From contig RHPI01001037.1 of assembly GCA_009103225.1 (NCBI GenBank), forward strand, positions 962,912 to 1,026,911: 64,000 bases of DNA, in the 5' to 3' direction. Position 1 is the stretch's first letter. Every line of letters begins with the position of its first letter. The position numbers and the translations under genes are program-made. Positions 23,882 through 35,839 of this stretch are shown here, piece after piece. Under the pieces are notes generated by a model. It saw only the letters and a list, made by a program, of their open reading frames with translations, searched no databases and was not told the DNA's origin. Source of the stretch: Chlorokybus atmophyticus (taxonomy: Eukaryota; Plantae; Mesostigma and Chlorokybus algae).

Positions 23882-26800
23882 CTATGCAATTCGCTCTCGC
23901 TTATAAATCTCCTGATAGCGAGCAGACTTATTCACTTTATCAATAAATCCCAACAACTCGGCTTCAGTGATGTTGTCCTTAATGCTCCCGACCACCTTCT
24001 CGTAGGTGGACCACGCATTGGGAGTGTTCTTGTCTTTTCGTGTGCGCATGTACTCCCAACTTTGATCCGTAGGGCGCCAAGCGCATTCAATGATGGCACC
24101 ATTGTAAGTGGATGCATCTTCCCCGCCTGTATGTGGCATATGTTGAGACCGGTGTTGCAGGCAACACATGCTGCACATAAACTGACATGGTATGATCAGG
24201 TCCTGGCAACTACCCAAGACAAAGCAACATGAAACGCAGCAAACCTGGAAACACAAGCTTGGCATTGGGAAGCTGCCGCAAACCGCCCTGGCGGCCCCGC
24301 TGCATGAGCAGCAACTTTATGGACTTGTCAGGCCCCATCTGAAAGAGAACAGGTTGCATTTGCAGCAGACGCATGTCGAAATGTGCATACGTGCATCTGC
24401 CCGCACTCGTGACTGTTGGACAGGAATGGAAGCACTAACATGCTTGGTACTCGAGCCACACCTCTAGCTGGAAGTCGACCGAGTTCATATGCGCATACTT
24501 CCATTTTAGCAACGCATGGCAAGTCCGAGGGACGTACGGGTCTTCCCAGGCCTGTTCACATGTTAGACGGAGATTGCACAAACAAGACTACCGGGCGAAG
24601 CAATAGGATCATTGCCAATGTCGTACCTGAAAAATGAGCCCGTCCGCTTCATGGCTTAGGCCTGGAATGAGCTTGTTCAACAACTTCTGTGTGGAGATAA
24701 GAGGGTAGAAGTCTTTTCGCCGCACCTGATATGACCAGCCAGCTCAGAAACGCAGTATTGACCATAGGATAAAGCTTGTCACACAGCCAGCGTACTAAAC
24801 TCTGCTCGAACCCGGAAAGGCTCAGCCTGGTAGTCATACTTGACACGCTGCATATCCAACTTGCGCGGGCCAACGGCCTCCTTCTCAATCATCTTCCATC
24901 GTTCACTGAATGGCAACTGCGCGGGTAACACGCCAGTGCTTAGTCTACAAAAATAAAATGCATTACTTACAACCAAACCAAATGCACCTCTGCAACCGGT
25001 CGCCCATTCAGCATCATGAGATCATAGACCAAATACCGCCGCTCTTTCAACTTCGTCTCTGGATTTGTGTCAATCACCATTTCGCCGTCCAACAGAGTCA
25101 TGTGGTGAACCTTAGGCCACTGACCCGGGACAGCAGGGGCATCCTACGCACAATACAACTGTTGAGTACGCAGCATGAATCGCGGGCTGGCGATACTTCA
25201 GTCTCAAACATTACCTTCAAGGGGAAACGCATTTGGGACCGTCGGATGTTAAAACTTCGATCTATCAGATACACTCCATCTCGTTGCAGCAACATCATGT
25301 ACCGCGTGCCATCAGCTTTCCAGGTTGCATAGTAGTACTTCTTTTCAAGAAAAGGCAGGTTTGTTCTGTATGGTACACGCGCTCTTAGCAAATGTTGGCT
25401 TTGTACGCAGTGCAGCCATTCTAATTGAGGAATACTTGAAAGTGGCAAGACATGCAGCCGGCAACATGCACACTCTCGTTGAAACGGTCAGGTAGAAGAG
25501 CTTTCCGCAACCGATTGTTTACATCAAAAAGTCAGTCGATCAGGACTTTGTGCATACCTGTCCAATGACACAGGTTGCGAGCCAGGAAAACTCAAGTTGC
25601 GCGCGGGATCCTGAAGCAGCATGGTCAGCATCACCGGAGCCATGTGCTGAGCTATAAAAAGTGTCAATCAAACATAAAGCTGCCATACCTTCAAGGCGTT
25701 GCACACAGCACGTTGCATGTCAAGCTGCATCTCAACAGGTATGCCTTGACCGAGCAGGTCATCATTTGTCAATTCACGCGGAGACGAGCTCTCCGGCTTA
25801 TCCTGTTTCAAGCTCACCTCAGCGACCGCAACAATGCCAATAAGCACTGCGAAACGTACCTCTTTGACATCATCATCTCCATCACCACCGTCGTCTTCGT
25901 TGTGCTTCCAGCCGGGCAAAGGCGGGCAAGGGAACTCTCGATATCGCGACTCATGAAATGCGGTGTACAGGTCGATCAAGTACTGCTCTTTGTATATTCC
26001 GGGTGGTCGAGCTGCAGCGAAACGCTTGACAACCTGCAGGCAGCAACGATCCATGTGCATCTGCTTGCGCTGTGCAAGAACTACACACGAAGAAGCGTGC
26101 ACTACTTTGAAGCTAACTTACCGACTCGACAGATCCGCCCATCGTCCTAGCAAGGTACTGGCATATGGTGTACCCAGTCCTGTTGTGACCATGCGTGCAG
26201 TGTACCAGGCAGTACTTGGGGGTCTTGCCGTGCTGCCGCGCTTCCATTTGCTGATAAACAAACTTTGAAACCTGTGGGCAAGTGTTGAAGTAGCACGGCA
26301 AGCAGGATCTAGCATTGGCACCAAAGCATGAGTCGTACCTTCTTACCTCAAAAACGAACTCATTCACTGTTTCTGCATCAGGTGTCTCATTGCGACCTTT
26401 GCAAGCAATCTGCAACCCAGTGCAATCACAGGTGAATGGCTGGCTCGCATGTGCACACATGAAGCGCAGAGTGCACAAAGAAACTCCAGCTTGCATGCCA
26501 ACCTTAAGATGTCGCACGCCCAAATTTGACCACTCCTGCGCTTTGTAGTAACGGTTGGTGTTTGTAAGGTCAATCACTAGTGCAACCTGCCAGAGAGAGA
26601 GAGGGAGAGAGTGACCTTAGCTTGTTAACGTATATGCAACTGGGCAATTTACTTATGGGTTGCAGTCAAACATGACGGCTGCTATAATATAAGCTCACCT
26701 CTCTGCCTAAACGCCGCAACCTCTCCACAGCTATAGCTGGTGTGAAGTGGTGTCGGGGGTCCATGCGCTCAGCAAATGCTGCCCCAAGTGGGACCTTTGA

Positions 26801-27881
26801 GGGTATAAGACCTTCCAAGGGCTCACCAAATGGGGGACATTCAAGCCAACCTGGGAAGAACACTGATTGAGACCAGTACATACAGCTGCATGTCCTCAGC
26901 GCATACCAACAAAGCATGCGCTGGAGTGCAGATAACACATCTACGGTGATTGCGTCTGCAAACGGCGATGCACATGCTGCGATCTCCATGGTGCGGATGT
27001 TGCACACACAACGTGCATTACAGCCCTTGCCATTTGGGCACCACAAGCTTGCAGCCTTCTAGCATAAGACTACTCATCACACGTGCAAGGGCGGAGTGTA
27101 TCAAGCTGCATCGTAAGTAAAGCAAGATGATAATCCCAGTCGCTTGAACTCGGTCGTCACCATACTGCATTATATGTTACATGGTGGCGACGTGTAGGAG
27201 GAAATTGCTGATATTGCCGATCAAACTGGCTGCTCACAACGTTGTTAGTGCGCTACGGACGTCCGCTTCACGCGCAAGCCCATTGCATGCTTGTTAGGCA
27301 TGGTAAACCACACCAAGGGCTTCTGTCTGTTGTCAGGCACTTGCATACCCTCCGGAATGTTGAGTGCTCGCTCCGTGGCATCCTTCTGTGCAGCGCCATT
27401 GGGCACCGCAGCGGCAGCAACAGGCCCAGCTGGAACCTTGCGCTTGCCTTCTCGCTCTTTGTCTGCGGCCTCATTCGCTTCTTGCTCTCGCTTCATGCGC
27501 ATTCGCGCCATCCGCTCCTCCCTCTCCTATAGATTGTAGATGATGCAAGTTTCAAACCAGACCACCACAACAGACACGTAGCACAATGAGGCTCTCCCAC
27601 CTTCATTCAAACTGCATGTGAATTGCAGAGTGCTTACTGGCGAAGACTGTTGTGCTACAATCCAACAGCAACCTGATTGTAGAACCTTACTGTGCACCAA
27701 CACCAAGCCAACAGCACATCAATACTCTGTTTGCTGCAGAGTGCAGTGCATGTCATTGCACATTTACTACTAGTAATATAGTAGCTGTTACCAGCAACGG
27801 TTACTACTGCTGCAGAAGTGAAGAGAAATTCCTTACTCTGTTTCTGAGGGCCAGAGCACCCGACGGAGCAGACGCCTCCAT
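23882..27881 (-). CDS. RNGTT: Bifunctional mRNA capping enzyme (cysteine triphosphatase + guanylyltransferase), spliced
   Basis: GWLECPPFG, IPSKVPL, VIDLTNTNRYY, LVHCTHGHNRTGY (HCxxGxxR), FAAARPPGIYK, YYATWKADGTRYMML (KxDG), IIECAW, WEYMRTRKDKNTPNA. Start MEASAPSGALALRNR inferred from splice phase. Confidence 0.95.
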
Positions 27882-28382
27882 GTTGCAGGCTGCCGTTTGC
27901 CTGCAGGTTTAGCATGGCCCTCACTCAACTACTCGATGCCGACCATCCACGCCGACACCCGGCAGCAGGCCGGGACCGCATCTCAGCAACCAGCCATGGA
28001 TCCACTTAACCACCACCTATGCCTCCGCTTCCGCCAAATCTGAGCCTCCGCCTCCGCCTCCACCAACACTGCGCCGGCCGTCGCCGCCGCCTCCACGTGG
28101 CAAGCGCTGCCAGGTTGTGCCACTGTAGCCCTGAGCTAAGCAGGGTCTCAGATCAGCTCACACTGCAGGTATCACTGATCACCTTTGCAGTTCAGTGAAC
28201 TGGTGTCAATGGAATAGGTGTACAGCATCATCTGCCCGGATCAGTACGGTTGAGAAGGAACCAGAATGGATCAGTGCACCGCTGTGAGCCCCTTAAAAAG
28301 CACTGGTGCGGTCAGCACCGGCAACCAGTAAAGTGTTGCGTAGTAGCAAGCAGTGTTGTGGCGTGGTAGTGGAGAGGGGGGA

Positions 28383-30438
28383 ATGTCGGCGGCGGTGGCG
28401 GCGGGCGCAGGCTGCTACGTGCGAGGAGGGGCATCATCACTCCTTGGGTCGGCTGCTTTGACCTCCGGAGCAGGTCTGAGAGCTTCGGCTTTCGGGGTCG
28501 CCGCCGCCCGCAGAGGCAGCAAGCAGCGACAGCAGCAAAGAGTTGCCGTTCGCTGCAGCGCCGTCGCTCCAGCGTCTGAAACAATGTGAGTAGTGGGATG
28601 TGTGAATGCATGATCGGTCAATTGCTTTGGCCTGTGCCGTCTCAAGCTCCCAGTGGCTACATTTTCATGACTGTCCTCTTGGTGAGATACGTCGTTCCTT
28701 CCTGCTACAGTCGCTTTGGTGCAAAGGTAGGTGTCATATCTCCGCCAAGAATTTCCCAAGCGTTGTGAGCTTGTAGTGCAATTGGCGCCGTGGGATCTTA
28801 ATATATGCTGGCTGTGAATGGGTTTGTCTCTGCGTGGTTCCAGTGCGCGTCTAGCTGATGTCCAAACGCGGAGGGAATAGCGGCAGTCTACTGCTGGTGT
28901 TAGCGTTAGCAGCTGTGCCCTGCCTTTGGCTACTGCTGGTTGGTGGCCCGCTGTTGTCGCGTATTGCCTCAACGCCTCGATCACCGTCATCTCCGCCACC
29001 TCGTGGGGTCGCATCAATGGGCAACACACATGCTGCACGCAAAATCAATTTGCCCTCAATGGTGACGGCGGTGTCTGATAATGCCAGGACAGCTGCGCTC
29101 CGGCACATTCCCAGCTCGAAGCTGCATGTCTCAACGCCCACATGGTGGCTCGAATCTCGCTTCCACTTCAGGTAGATTACTGAAGAGTTTGCAATAGTAC
29201 AGTACAAGTCATACTGCCTGTGTCTAAGCTGTAGCTGCAATGCCGGCTAGCAGTTTTGTGTTGTTGATTTGATGGCTTTGCGTGTAGCTTTGCAGGCTAC
29301 TACAACCCGGACAACATGGAGTTTGGTGTCCTCAGGGTGTTGAACGATGATCTTGTCAAGGTGCGCCTGTCATGCAGTTGATGCGACTAATCCAGTTTGG
29401 AGAGAGATGTCATCACCAACAGAGAAGGTGTTGATATGTCATTGTCTTGGCAGCCCAAAGCTGGGTTCGGAACGCATGGACACCGAGATATGGAAATCTT
29501 CTCATACGTGCTGGATGGCAAGCTTACCCACAAAGACAGGTGCAAATTGAGTCAAGTCAACAAAAGGCTTTGTTGCATGGTCATGACTAATGCTCCTTTC
29601 CTGCATACAGCATGGGAAACGGCGAGTCCCTCCCACGCGGCTCTGTGCAGTACATGAGTGCTGGGCGTGGTGTGACCCACTCGGAGATGAATGACGGTGA
29701 TGACATGTGAGTAAAGTATGATGACATGCGACTGCGATGGCAGTGTGGCTGTGCCATGCTTGATGTTCAAGCAACTAGCTGCATGACGGCAACTGTTTTG
29801 GCAGGCTGCGATTTCTTCAGGTATGGATAAAGCCCGATCGCTCCGGGCTGCAACCTAACTATGGCTCCCGCGAGTATAAGAAGGAGGACAGACACAACAA
29901 GATTCAGCATGTGATCACTGGTGTTGCAAACAAGGCTGCAAATGCAGTCGATGATGGTCAAGGCATCATTCCCATAAATCAGGTAGCGATCAATGTATTT
30001 ATGGACAAAAGCTTGGTCAGGACTGCTTATTCTCACATTGGGGGTTGCAGGATGTCAATGTGTACATCTCAGAATCTGATGCCGGAACACCGCTCAAGTT
30101 CAAGCTCAACCAGGGCCGCCAGGTCAGTAAAACGCATCATTGACAGCGTTGTCAGTGTCAATAACGTGCTGCGGCGCTACTAATAATACATCTACTACGC
30201 AGGCCTACATGATCTGTGCAGAAGGGAGTGCTAAGGTCAACAATGACGTGGTGCTTCAAACAAGAGATGCAGTTGAGGTGAGTGCAGACTCCAAGCATGC
30301 ACTGTTTGTGCAACAGTTGACGCTGATATACATGCACTGCTGCAGATCAGAAGCAATGGTGTCGAATCAGATATTGACATAACGGCGCTGGATCAAGGAG
30401 CCCATTTCATGTTGCTTGAGATGCAGGAGAGCTCATAG
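28383..30438 (+). CDS. Pirin family (YhhW-like cupin), plastid-transit-peptide isoform, spliced
   Basis: Transit-like [100 protein letters not shown]. Confidence 0.92.
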
Positions 30439-30553
30439 CTGCGCCATGCGCAACTGGTCATACACTCATGGTGAATGTTAGATTACTGTATATTAGTAGC
30501 TTGAATAAGTGTTGTACTTTGCGTGTGAATCGCAAAGCACCGCAACGTGCTTG

Positions 30554-32568
30554 TTACCAGTGTTCCAAATCCTGGTCTGATTCATTTGCATCTGGGTCAC
30601 CACCCTCACCATCTACACCGTCCTCATCACTGCCGCTATTTGCACCTTCGCCGTCATCACCCTCATCCTCTTCATCATCATCGCTGCTGCTGACATCTGC
30701 AGCTGTGCCAAGGTCTTCATTGCCAACATCCGCCTCCGGCTGCAAGAACAGCGTGGTGATGATGCACGACAGATTACGCCAGACATGTGTACGAGTGATG
30801 TAGCATTGCATAAAGAATGAGTGCATACCATGCGATCCCAGTCCTTGAGCTTCTGCTTGCCAACGGAGAAGTTCTCTTTCAACACGTCCCAAGTCACATC
30901 ATCAGCAGAAGGGTTGTTGCCATTCCCTTGTGGCATTGCCTGTGCACGAACAACGTGAGTAGGCATGCTTCACGCAGACATAAAGCAAATGAGGATAACC
31001 TCCTGTCAGCAGTGCAGAAACCTGCGCTGCATCACAGTCAAGTGCAATTACCTGTTTCTGTGACTCGCTGGGTACCATCTGCTCTGCATCGTCCGTCTGG
31101 CGCACACCTTTGATCTCCTTGATGAACACTTGCTTTGCAATCTTTGCTGCTTCTGCAATACACACAAGCATACACTGAGCACATGGTTTGCAGCCTGCCT
31201 GCTGTGCGTGCAAAGAGAATACTGACCTTTGCTTGCATCTGCCCCAGCTTGCTGTTGCTGCTTCTGCGCTTTGTTTATCTGCATGAGACACACAATGAGA
31301 GGTTTCAACCAAGCGAAAGCCAACAAAAAATGCAACCAAAGGAACAACACGTACCGCATTAAACAGTCGCACGACTGCAGTGTTTTAGAGAGTTGGCGCC
31401 AAAGGCACAAGTGAGGATCAGATGTAATCAATACCCATACAGACACTTCAAGTATAGGCAATGTGTTGCCCACTTCTCTTGCAAAATATTGGCATGTGTC
31501 CTGAAATTACCTCCTCGTGTTCCCGTTTTGATCAACTCCCTTTCCCTGCCATCCATGTACGTTTGCGGAACCACATGTGCTATCTCTCGCAACTGCACAC
31601 AGTCAAGCAGCAAGTCCGTTACATGCAGAAAGAAAAGCTGCTGTGCACTTATCATGCGTGCACTGCATGCACGCATGATAAGCAAACTGTGCATAACGAG
31701 TTGCACGCATTGTAGAGATGGGTTGAAAAGGCAACAGCAAACACACCACTTGCAACGCAAGCCAATACCATAACTTATGCCTCACCTCGTGCTTCTGCTT
31801 CTTCCGCTCGGCTACCTGAGCGCGCTCTTCGCGCTCTTCCTGCTGACGCTTCTGCACCTTGCTGCTTTTGGCCAGGATGGGCGCCTGCACACCAGTCAAC
31901 AAGGCTGGAGGTCAACAAACAACTGGAAGGGAGCAGTGCAGTACGCTTCAGGTCAGGAAAACTTCTGCTGTATGTGTTGGATAAGCACAAGCACTGCATG
32001 ACTGCTGGCCTTTACAACATCCGTTGGTAGGCCTATAACCAGATCCTACAACAACTGGAGGCACGAGAACATGGGTTATGCAAGTGGTGAAGAATCGTGC
32101 TTTACGCGTTGTAACAAAGTACATCGCAATCAAGATGACGAAGCTTGTCATACGCGAACTCTCTGATGATGTCTTGGTTAAAACTGTTTACATTCTTTGA
32201 AGCGTGCCCTAAGGTGCAATTCACGCTCAACTGCCGCATTCGCGGGCGCTACAAACACATCCTGACCACACTAGTGAGCACATGCAAATTCACTGCAAGC
32301 AAGGATTTTACTTCCTCATTGCCAATTGTATACCTGCTAGGTGATGATTGCACAGGGCACTAGTGTTCCTTACATGCACAATGGTCTGGCTTACCTTAGC
32401 TCCAGCGGCGTCATCACCGCCGCTCTTGCTGAGAATCCTGGCGAACGCCCTGCCAAATGCCGTGCCCGCACTAGACGAAGTCCCGGGCATCTCATCTTCC
32501 ACACCCTCCTCCTGTCCGTCATGCGCCTCACCCTCCCGCAACATCTCGGCCTCCTCCGCCGCAGCCAT
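30554..32568 (-). CDS. RRP15: RRP15-like ribosome biogenesis protein, spliced
   Basis: AFGRAFARILSK, APILAKS, AHVVP..MDGRERELIKTGTRG.VRLFNAV.NKAQ, WDVLKENF...KLKDWD, acidic tail. Confidence 0.88.
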
Positions 32569-32755
32569 CGGCCCACGACCACACCACCGCCGCCGCCACC
32601 GCTTCGCAGAGCAGAGTAGAGTAGAGTATTTAGGGCCTGTGATGACGCAGGTTGAGATACGAGGAGTACCCTCCGTGACGCTTGCGATACTGCGGCTGAA
32701 ACAGCAAGCAAAAGGGAATGCGAGCGTGTACTTGCACATATTGCTCTCTGCATGC

Positions 32756-34461
32756 ATGGCGGTGGCGGTGGCGGTGGTTGTGTTGCCGGCGGCTGCGCCG
32801 GTGTCGACGCGCAGGAGGAGGGTAGCAATAACCAAACGTGTGTGTTGCAGTGCATCGCCGTCGTCGTCGTCGTCGTCTTCGTCTTCGACATCGTCGGCTC
32901 AGGCGCAGCCTGCTGCTAGCAGTAGGAGCCCTGCTGGTGCAGTACTAGCACTCAAAGAGTGGGCTGCCACAGTAAGCGCCTTACCGTCAACAGTGCTGTC
33001 ATCATTTAATAGCAATAGTGCTGATGAAATACTCACAGTAACAGATTCACAACGAATATTGCTGTCCGTTAACCTTCATCCATAACAATGACGACATGGT
33101 ACTTGCTTGTTCACGTGAAGCGTCAAGTTTGGGTCATGACAAACAATATTGCTTTCAAGCGTGCATACACGCTACTAGTTCTGCTAGAATGAGAACAACG
33201 AAGTCACGCAAGGTAGCATGGTGGTGTCACAAGTTATTGCATTCCTTAGCAAGATGATGGTTGTGTATGTTGACCAAGGCATCAAGCAATAGCATGTACA
33301 CAAGTGACGTTGTTTGTCAGTGCGTTGAACTTGACCGGTGTTGCCTTAATACACGTCGGTGCTGCGTGATGCTGTTCTGCAAACAGTGTTGGGTGTTCCG
33401 TCACAATGTCGCAGCGCATGCAACATCGCGGTCAACCAGTTGGTACATGAGACAAAGCACAATCCCTCAACAAGTCATCTGCTTTTGAGGCGTGTCACCA
33501 CTTGGAACATATCACAAACACATATTGTCCAGGTAGCGGCGTTAGGCGAGGGGCAGCAGGCGCTGCTCCTTCGCAAGGGCGGGATCAAGGAGCGCGCTTT
33601 TGCAATCAAGTCCTCCTCCTTCCTGCTCCTCCCCACCTACTTCCACGCCTCGCCCGCGCTCCTCAAACCCTACGCCGCCCGCCGTTACACCTCAGTACGC
33701 ATATGCGAGTGTCATATGGTTGTGTCTGTTACTGTGTGAGCAGGTGTGCTGATGTGCACGTGTTTGTGTGCAGCTGTTGGAGCCGCCGCAGCGGGAGGGG
33801 GAAGTGGAGGAGGAGACAGTGGAGTTTGTGCTGGTGGCGAGGTGCACTGGCGCGTGGGCCACCGGTAGTCAGGACGTGCTGAGAAGCTTGTCCGGTATGC
33901 CTTTGTGATGCACATGTAGCAGTTAAGGGTGTTTGTGAGCGCATGTGTGTGGCCGTGCACTCGCATATGGCGTGCACGTGTGTGCACGTGTGCCGTGTCC
34001 TGCTGCTTAATACATCAACCCAATGTCACTGACATTTACTACTCAGACCTGCACATATGGACCGACGAGTACCTGGACTTGCGACTGAAGTGGAGGAGTA
34101 AGCAGCCTCTCACCATCATGGAGGTATGGTATCATTGCGTTCGTGCGTGTGTCAAGCTTAGCAACCCCATGCATTCACCAGCCATTGTCTCACACCTTAC
34201 ACCCTCTCACCCTCTCACCTTTCCTGTCCCATCCCCCAGCTCCGCGCATACCAGCTTCCCTCCCCGCACATGGAGCCCGCCGGCCCCCACCTCGCCGGCT
34301 GCGTGTCGTGGGTGCCGCTCCCCTGTGCGCACACTAACCTGCTCGACTGGTCGGCCTGCCGGCCCGCGATGGAGGACGAGCAGTTTAGGGGGATGCAGGG
34401 GAAGCTGAGAGACAGATTGCGGGGAGATGAAGTTGAGTGCTTGGCGGTGCCGGAGTTATAA
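32756..34461 (+). CDS. DUF1802 family protein with predicted plastid transit peptide, spliced
   Basis: ALKEWAATVAALGEGQQALLLRKGGIKE, FLLLPTYFH, LHIWTDEYLDLRLKWRSKQPL, LAGCVSWVPL. Ser/Ala/Arg-rich N-terminus. Confidence 0.88.
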
Positions 34462-35839
34462 ATGCTGTGAGCCTTGTGTAGATGGAGTGAGTTACGGTTT
34501 GTGTACATAATGTTTGTAAGACTGGAGGTTTGGCCCTTGTTTGTCGGGTTCGGTGACTGGGGGTTGTGCAGTATTGATTTGTTACAGCCTGATGGTGATG
34601 GAGCGATAGTTGGTTGCTGCTATGCAACCAATGCTTGTCAAGCAAGCATAGTCGACGTATTGCAGCGGTTTGAATCGAGTGCAATACAGCCTTCGTTGGT
34701 GCGACCTGTGTGACTGCCTGGCACTGTCCCCGGTTGTTCATGTGCATACACGCTGTTGCTGTGATTGAATGTAATACTGCCGGAGTATCAGCGGCCTGGT
34801 TGAGTAGAGTGGTGGGTCGCTTGTAGTGGTGCGTGCGTTTGTAGTGGTGTGGATAGGATGGACGATGTTGACTATCGGACACTTGCCCATTCTCTGTAGT
34901 AGAGAGAGAGGCATGGTGGATATGTTCTGACCACAATGGAGAAGTAGTCACATCCGCCTGGCGTTGTTTTACATTGGATGCTCAGCAGTCAGATGCTTTG
35001 CACACGGCTGCAGACAGCCTCTTTTTCAAGAGGGTGCGCTTGCTGTTACTGTTGCAAGGAGTTTGACTCTATTGATTACACTCCTCGACAGCCACAACGC
35101 CTTTGACGCAAGGTTGCGCCACGATGGACATCGGTTACTTCTCGACAGGTTGCGCTACTTTGCAATGGGTGTCATGCTGAAGTGTATAGGCTGATCAGTC
35201 TATGCACAACTCTTTATGTACACATTCGCAGGTTCTGCTGCATTAGTGGCAGTTTGCAGCACAATCCTCATTGGTAGACATGATGGCCCCTGTGCTATGC
35301 CCTATGTTGAAGCTAAGACTTGGCTCCCAGTCTCCTCAGCATGCTGGACAACTGGCCCCGTTGAGGTGGCACCTTACTTTGAGCCGCCTTGTTGTTGTTG
35401 TTGTTGTTGTTATTGTGGTTGCTGCTGCTGCTGATGATGATGATCATGATGATGTAGCTGCTATCAGTACCACGTGATGCCATTCGCATGTCTGTTTGTG
35501 GCTATCTGTGCGGCACTGTGCGACATATATATTTAGTCCTTAGACTGCGCACTGTGGTCACGTATCTCTGTGGGGCTATCTGTGCGAGGCCGTGCCAAAT
35601 ACGCACTCCAATCAAGACTGCGTGCGCACTGCATATGCAATAACACTGATGTGACGCATGTGACTGCATGGTCACTCTTACTGTTGCAGCACTGTGGTTG
35701 GCATAATGTGCACAACTAAGTCGCACAACAACTCACGCACACGCACGCAACAAATTTAGACTTACACATCCACTTACACATACAAAGGGTCGTATGACTG
35801 CAGTTGTTAGTAAGCATAGTATAGGGTCCCGTTACCAAC

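Noticed and set aside
32348-33085. 245-aa ORF spanning the RRP15/DUF1802 divergent region
   Set aside because: The 5' half is the antisense shadow of GC-rich RRP15 exon 1. Only the part from ATG 32756 is DUF1802.
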